From Macrostomum hystrix (lineage: Eukaryota > Animalia > Platyhelminthes), in assembly GCA_950097015.1 (NCBI GenBank), contig CATNEN010000038.1, positions 34,038,001-34,102,000 of the forward strand: 64,000 nucleotides of DNA. The letters run 5' to 3'. The first letter of the stretch is position 1; each line of letters starts with the position of its first letter. Shown here in pieces: positions 60,600-64,000 of this stretch. The translations under genes and the position numbers were made by a program. The notes beneath the pieces are model-generated. The model was not told where the DNA came from, made no database searches, and saw nothing but the letters and a program-made list of their open reading frames with translations.

Positions 60600-61949
60600 C
60601 TTATTTTTAAATTTAGCATAGGCCTACTTTAGAAGAACTTAAATGTGCGCAAATTTGTGGCAACGAGAATAACGAGAAAATTACGAGCATTTCATGCATT
60701 CTTTCTTTTCCTAAGATCTATGTAGTATATAGGAGGTTTTTACTTGTGTGCAAAGTTTTAAAGCCTACTTTATGGGTAAAACAGTAAGATATACAAGATC
60801 CCGTTGTTATCTAGTGATTCATTTTCTTACTCCGGATTGGAAAATACCATCCAAGAATATACTTGACATTATGACTAAACTCTAATTCTCACAAAATGAT
60901 AGAAACTGAAAATGTATAATTAGTCAGAATTTTTTGTTTTTTTACAGCTTTGTGAACATTCGAAGGTTGTGTCACTCAATGAAATAGATCCAAACTTAAC
61001 GGAAACATTTTTTCTAGAATTGTACTTTCACCTGTAAAATCTTAAGGGGAAAAATTAAGAACATGTCGTAGGGCTCCTTACTAATATCTTACAGCTGCCA
61101 CTAAGTTGTCGTAGGCCTACCTTCTTAACTCCCACTGCTTTCACCAATTTGTAGTAGGCTCTCTCCTCTTTGGGTTAAATATCACCGATACTCTTTTATT
61201 AAATATTAAAAAATTGCTTATTTCACACCTTGGATTACCCTTTGAAATAACTCTTAATTTCCCTTGTCTATGACTTAGTTATTCTTCATAGGCTAGCTAT
61301 GTATCCTCTTATTGCATATGCATATATTGTTTAACTTGGCCAGATAGGCTGCTTTCCTTCCAAAATTGGTAGCGTTCTCACGAGTGTCCGAGCGGCAAGA
61401 CACTTCTTCCTCTCCTTACTAACTCACAACTGTCTGGCTCTCTGGTTTGTTCCCAGTCTTTCAAGGCTTCCAATGGACTGAAGTTGCCCAACTTTGCACA
61501 CAGTGCTGTTCCACCAATCAGGATTTTACCCTCAGCTCTTTAGTTTTACACTCTACTACGGCTCTTTTTATAACTATCTCCTTCTTTATTCTTTCGAATG
61601 TTCACCAACTTGTGTATTATCACAGACCTGCTTTTCTCCTTCTCTCTAAAATAATTGAATTCAAACACTTTGAGATTTATTCTCCTTTGTTTTCTCAGAA
61701 CTGGGCACGGGGCACCGGTTGGGGATTTTGGGCAAAACTGCGTCTATATTTATAGCAAAATTGGGGTGGATGATACGGTGTATTATAACAAAATGAAAAT
61801 CGGGAAAAAGCATTTGGCGGGAATTCAACTTATAATTCTACGATAAAATTTGGGCCTGCCTCAAACACTTTCATTTTAAAGGTTTTAGACAGTGTGATGA
61901 CAGTAGTAAAAGTTATAATTATTACACTACTCTAAACACTCACTTTCGT

Positions 61950-62630
61950 CACACTCACTCTGCGATTGGCAATGGAGGGGAGCGTCAAAAAAATCGCGTT
62001 GATATTAGCAATCCGAATTTCATTGTATCGATCAGTGTTAAATTCACGCCGCTGTTGCCTGCATGGATAGTAATTTGATTGAACGCGTCATATGTAAGGT
62101 GTATAATTAAAGACGTGTAAGATCTTCGATAAATTGAGCGTATGGATCGAGAGACTCAGCTGGCATACGCGCGCAGGTAAACTGAGCCTATTTTTGCACC
62201 GACGTGCGCAGTACAGTGCATGCCTGCAGCGAAATCATTATCGGACGAAACGACTCTCCGGACGGTAAGCTTCGTCCCTGATGACGTGCCCGCGTCGCAG
62301 ATGTCGCTGGATCGCGTGGATATAATCAACACTTCAGTTGCGCATTATTGCTTGCAGCTTAACAGCAATACCTAGCTGCAGGATCAGTATATGGTCATCT
62401 CTCGCTGCCATGCAGGGCCGCGACATGTATAAACTGGACACCTAGAGTACTTCAATTTTTGTCTTCGGGCCACTAAAATCGGCACAAAGCAGGACTCTCA
62501 ATTGCATCAGTTAGCATGCCTCGGTCTGCACAACCGCCGGCGAGAATCAGTAGCTGTGACGGAACTTGAATGCCGAATGCCAGTTTGAGCATAGCAGCCG
62601 AGTCACCCGCCCACACAGGTTTAAGGGTTT
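61950..62630. promoter_or_regulatory. CpG-rich promoter/first-exon-like region
   Basis: CpG enrichment, GATTGG, and donor-like CAG|GTAAAC (~62176) and CAG|GTTTAA (~62618); no recognisable coding sequence. Confidence 0.3.
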
Positions 62631-64000
62631 GACTGGTGGAGTATGTTTTATTTCTAAATATATTTATAGATAGCAGGCTTGTTGTTATTCAATTATGCGA
62701 AAACTTTTTTCTTTTGTTTAAGCACTTTAGAACTCGGACAAAAAGGGCGCAAATTTAAAACAACAAGATAAGAATTCTAATATTATCTAAACCTAAATCT
62801 TTACTTTTTTGTCAACAAATGCTAGATTGTATTACCCTTTAGTAATGTTTTACAGTGCAAACATTTCTTATATCCCCTTTTATCACTTCGAATTAAAATA
62901 TCTCGTTAAACTTATCCAAACTTATGCATCTGCTCTTTTTGTTCTCCCTAGTTGTTAGTTCTAGAGGTGTGTCAATAAGCAATATACGAATGATATAGTT
63001 TTTTAGCACCTAAGTACTGTATTAGTTGACAAATATTGCCAAAAATTTCGAGTTATTATTTTCGTTATTACATATACTCCAACCTATCATTCATACCAGA
63101 ATTAGCTAAACAGGCTGCTTGTCTGCACCAAAATGTTACTACTATTACTTCGTTTTCTACTAGTTAAATTTTAGGCAACACAAATTAGTTGATAAGGTCA
63201 GTGCTAAAGGCTTGTTCTGACAGCAGTCAAATGGGTTACTATGGATAGTTGGTTATATTATGTTCTGGATGTAGTCAGCCTGTTAGTTATGTTGTTATCC
63301 GTATCTAATAACCTTAATAAAACAACAGAATATTAATGCATTGTGTGTGCAATCTCCTAGTTTTTTAAACATTTTCGTTTTAATGAAACCTGCTGATGGA
63401 GCTGTGTACCTAGAAGGCCCACAAGCTCTGATTGTCTCTGAGATGGCCCAAAGCCAAAGTGGCAGCCCTTCATTTTGTGGACTGTATGCAGGCAGGCCCA
63501 ATGACCTAAAAATCCGTATCTGTTGTGTCTGTTGCAAATATTATCAGTCATGGCTAATGAATTACTAGTATACTATTGCATGCCAAAATCAATAGTAGTC
63601 ATGTTTTGAAAGTGTCTTTCTTGAAAATGCAGAAACTATACATAATGCTATATATAGGTCTATGTATAAATTTAAAAGCTATATGAATATAGACTGCTCT
63701 TTATTCATAAATTAATAAATTATGTTTTATAATAGTTTTTGTTACCCAAAACATTTTTGGAATAAATTGAGAATAATAAAAAATGTGCATTTGAGCTAAG
63801 CAGCTTGAATACAATGCAATATGTATGACTGTCTTTGGGGCTAATCTATGCCTGTGCTGGCTACCCATGAATGTTTTATAAGCAGCAGCTAACTAGGAAC
63901 AGCACATGAGCACTAGCATGAGCACAGGCATTATGTGGCTGCATGCTTGTTTTGTAGTCAAAAAATCCTAAAGTGCACCAGATGTAGGGATTGTCAACTT

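Noticed and set aside
62235-62295. GACGAAAC ... CTGATGA as a type II hammerhead
   Set aside because: Stem I can form, but there is no valid stem II pairing and no GUH cleavage triplet or stem III

Overview
Eukaryotic, intron-containing, AT-rich animal DNA; no prokaryotic operons or CRISPR arrays. Gene style, intronic minisatellites and the SINE/LINE types suggest a flatworm such as Macrostomum, but that assignment is inference only. Eight spliced genes can be assembled with frame-consistent GT-AG junctions. Plus strand: BLVRB-like reductase, C1orf43/NICE-3, tafazzin, ATF7IP/Windei-like and USH1G/ANKS4B-like. Minus strand: PAF-acetylhydrolase, a DEG/ENaC channel and a SPOP-like MATH-BTB protein. 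About 15 different minisatellite arrays fill introns and spacers, and there are three tRNA-headed SINE families and a tRNA-Lys pseudogene. At 52.5-60.6 kb lies a nest of non-autonomous elements: a 4.6-kb P-superfamily-like element (~750-bp TIRs, 8-bp TSD), two copies of a TA-TSD MITE, LINE fragments and a Mutator-like element (9-bp TSD). Best leads: a candidate trans-spliced operon (C1orf43-TAZ-ATF7IP), an ATCCCA core shared by five unrelated minisatellites, ribozyme-like motifs in a SINE tail (a hammerhead remnant and an HDV P3/L3 14-mer), and the long-TIR P-like element.
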